From Methanothermus fervidus DSM 2088 (GTDB lineage Archaea > Methanobacteriota > Methanobacteria > DSM-2088 > Methanothermaceae), in the NCBI GenBank assembly GCA_000166095.1, contig CP002278.1:600001-632000 (forward strand): DNA of 32,000 nt. Reading direction: 5' to 3'. Positions 30,444 to 32,000 of the stretch are shown here, in pieces; position 1 is the stretch's first letter; every line of letters begins with the position of its first letter. The notes beneath the pieces were generated by a model. It searched no databases and was not told where the DNA came from. It saw only the letters and a program-made list of their open reading frames with translations. The position numbers were made by a program, and so were the translations under genes.

Positions 30444-30875
30444 CTATTTCACTATTATGTTACTTATGTTGTGATGTCTCTTTGCCAGTATTTTAGCTCT
30501 TTTAATATTTTGGCCACCTTTACCTATTATAATTCTTTTGTTTCTTGCATCGGCCTTAACTGTAGCTATTTTTTCACCATTTTCTTTTTGTAAAATTCTT
30601 ATACTTTTTAATTTAGCGGGAGATAAGATGTTTGAAATAAATTCCACTGGATCGTCAGAATGTTCTAAAACTTCGACACCTTTATCTAAGGTTTTCCTAA
30701 CTTTAGCTATAGTACTACCTCTTCTACCTATTGCTAATCCCATATCTCCTTTTTTTACTAAAAACGTTACTTTTCCACGTTTTTCATCTATAATACAATC
30801 TTTTACTGCAGCACCAGTTAGGCTTTCAAACAAGGCTATATATCTTATTTCATCTGTTGTGAATTTTATTGTCAC
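30444..30875 (-). CDS. nusA: NusA-like KH-domain transcription factor
   Basis: Archaeal short form with [17 protein letters not shown] and [20 protein letters not shown]; located between rpl30e and rps12. Confidence 0.9.
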   Translation of the reverse strand: MTIKFTTDEIRYIALFESLTGAAVKDCIIDEKRGKVTFLVKKGDMGLAIGRRGSTIAKVRKTLDKGVEVLEHSDDPVEFISNILSPAKLKSIRILQKENGEKIATVKADARNKRIIIGKGGQNIKRAKILAKRHHNISNIIVK

Positions 30876-30879
30876 GTGT

Positions 30880-31176
30880 TTACCCCACCATTTCTAGTAT
30901 TGGTGAATCACCAGGATCTTTAATAAGTAAAGCTGCAACAGTAAATGGTTTACCACATACAGCACCTAACTTTACACTACTTCCATTATATATGTATACA
31001 GGTATATTTGAAAGTTTTGCATAATATTTTACATCTTCCATGATTTCATCTGGTGCATTTTTAGCAACTATAACTAATTTACCTTTACCTAATTTTAAGT
31101 TTCTTATTGTTTCCTTAGATCCTAATATCACTTTTCCTGTATCTACCGCCATTCTTATGGATTTTTCGACGTCCAT
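30880..31176 (-). CDS. rpl30e: Ribosomal protein eL30
   Basis: [59 protein letters not shown]. Confidence 0.92.
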   Translation of the reverse strand: MDVEKSIRMAVDTGKVILGSKETIRNLKLGKGKLVIVAKNAPDEIMEDVKYYAKLSNIPVYIYNGSSVKLGAVCGKPFTVAALLIKDPGDSPILEMVG

Positions 31177-32000
31177 TTATTTCCTCCTTCCATAATTCTT
31201 TTTCATTACTACTTTAATAGATCCTGTACCTAATGGTATAGGTTGCCCAACAATTACATTTTCAGTTATACCTGCAAGACGGTCCTTTTCTCCCCGCATA
31301 CTTGCTTGAAGTAGATGTTTACTAGTTTCCTCAAATGCAGCTCTTGCAAGTACACTTGCTTTTTCACCACTCACACCATGTCTACCAATTGGTTTAATAG
31401 TGCCGTCTGATGTCATTAAATCTGCCACTAACATTATATGTCTAATATCCACAGTTAAACCTTGTTCCTCTAGTGTGTTCTTTGCTTCCCTTATTATTGC
31501 ATTTCTTGCAGCTTCAATTCCCAATACTTTCTCAATTTCATGTATGTCATTTGTGGTTGTTCTAGTTTTGTCCACGCCATCCATTTTCAAAATTTTAGAA
31601 AGATTAGATCCCTCAGTAACTACTACAAATTCATCTTCTTCTTTTCTTATAACTGCCTTAGTAATATCTTTTATACCGCTTACATGTAATTTTCTAACTT
31701 TATCTGCAAGTAATCTTAAACTTCTTATTGTAGCTTGTCTGGGCTTAAATTTCAATTTATTTCCATTTATTTCTACATCTTTAAATGTCTTTTTTATTTT
31801 TTCCATTATTTTTTTATAATCTAATCCTCTATCTTTTATTTTTTCTTCATCTATTTCTGCATTTACACACATTTCAATATAATCAACACTAAAGTTCTTT
31901 AATACATCCTCAAGGTTTGTTCTGATAATATTGTTACTGAAATTCTTTACAAATTCTTCATCATTTTTCTTATCATCTTCAAAATAAATTGTCATTATAG
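31177..32000 (-). CDS. rpoA2: DNA-directed RNA polymerase subunit A'' (3' part; 5' end lies outside the window)
   Basis: MTIYFEDDKKNDEEF corresponds to an internal region of A''. C-terminus contains VLGIEAARNAIIREAKNTLEEQGLTVDIRHIMLVADLMTSDGTIKPIGRHG. Frame is open to the window edge. Confidence 0.9.
   Translation of the reverse strand, partial: IMTIYFEDDKKNDEEFVKNFSNNIIRTNLEDVLKNFSVDYIEMCVNAEIDEEKIKDRGLDYKKIMEKIKKTFKDVEINGNKLKFKPRQATIRSLRLLADKVRKLHVSGIKDITKAVIRKEEDEFVVVTEGSNLSKILKMDGVDKTRTTTNDIHEIEKVLGIEAARNAIIREAKNTLEEQGLTVDIRHIMLVADLMTSDGTIKPIGRHGVSGEKASVLARAAFEETSKHLLQASMRGEKDRLAGITENVIVGQPIPLGTGSIKVVMKKNYGRRK

Noticed and set aside
31177-31995. Unusually short (272 aa) rpoA2, apparently a split or truncated RNA polymerase subunit.
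   Set aside because: The ATG at 31995 corresponds to an internal site of A'' and the frame stays open to the window edge, so this is only a boundary effect.

Overview
AT-rich archaeal chromosome segment, densely packed with short or overlapping gene junctions. In order it contains: (i) the end of a TauC/SsuC-type ABC permease, its ATPase, and a protein that reads as two ribbon-helix-helix-like domains; (ii) asnB, a small membrane protein, a TyrA-like protein with an extra C-terminal domain, a minus-strand Stt3/AglB-type oligosaccharyltransferase, and an acetolactate-synthase-like TPP enzyme; (iii) a nine-gene operon (about 8753-16196) for a complex-I-like group 4 [NiFe] hydrogenase, ordered NuoA-like, B, CD-fusion, H, I, J, K, L, M/N; (iv) surE, ilvE, a DUF429-like protein, a 2[4Fe-4S] ferredoxin, myo-inositol-1-phosphate synthase, an MBL-fold protein, a UbiA/DGGGP-synthase-like protein, a TldD/PmbA-like protein, and SepCysS; (v) two tandem tRNA-Ser genes; (vi) the minus-strand information-processing cluster rpoA2 (partial), rpl30e, nusA, rps12, rps7, EF-2 with an intein, EF-1A, rps10. 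Best candidate for something new: the last antiporter-like subunit of the hydrogenase (14883-16196). Its conserved intramembrane TM5 Glu / TM7 Lys pair appears reciprocally swapped (K113 / E187) and the TM8 Lys is missing, while the neighbouring NuoL-like subunit keeps the normal TM5/TM7/TM8 residues. Also notable: an EF-2 P-loop intein that keeps its splicing residues but has lost both LAGLIDADG catalytic acids; tRNA-Ser genes separated by 1 nt, with the convergent SepCysS stop codon inside one of them; and a DWSYG variant of the OST WWDYG motif. The supplied ORF track labels three real minus-strand genes as '+' (4898..6859, 24341..24664, 24689..25927). I re-read these from the nucleotides and report them as minus.
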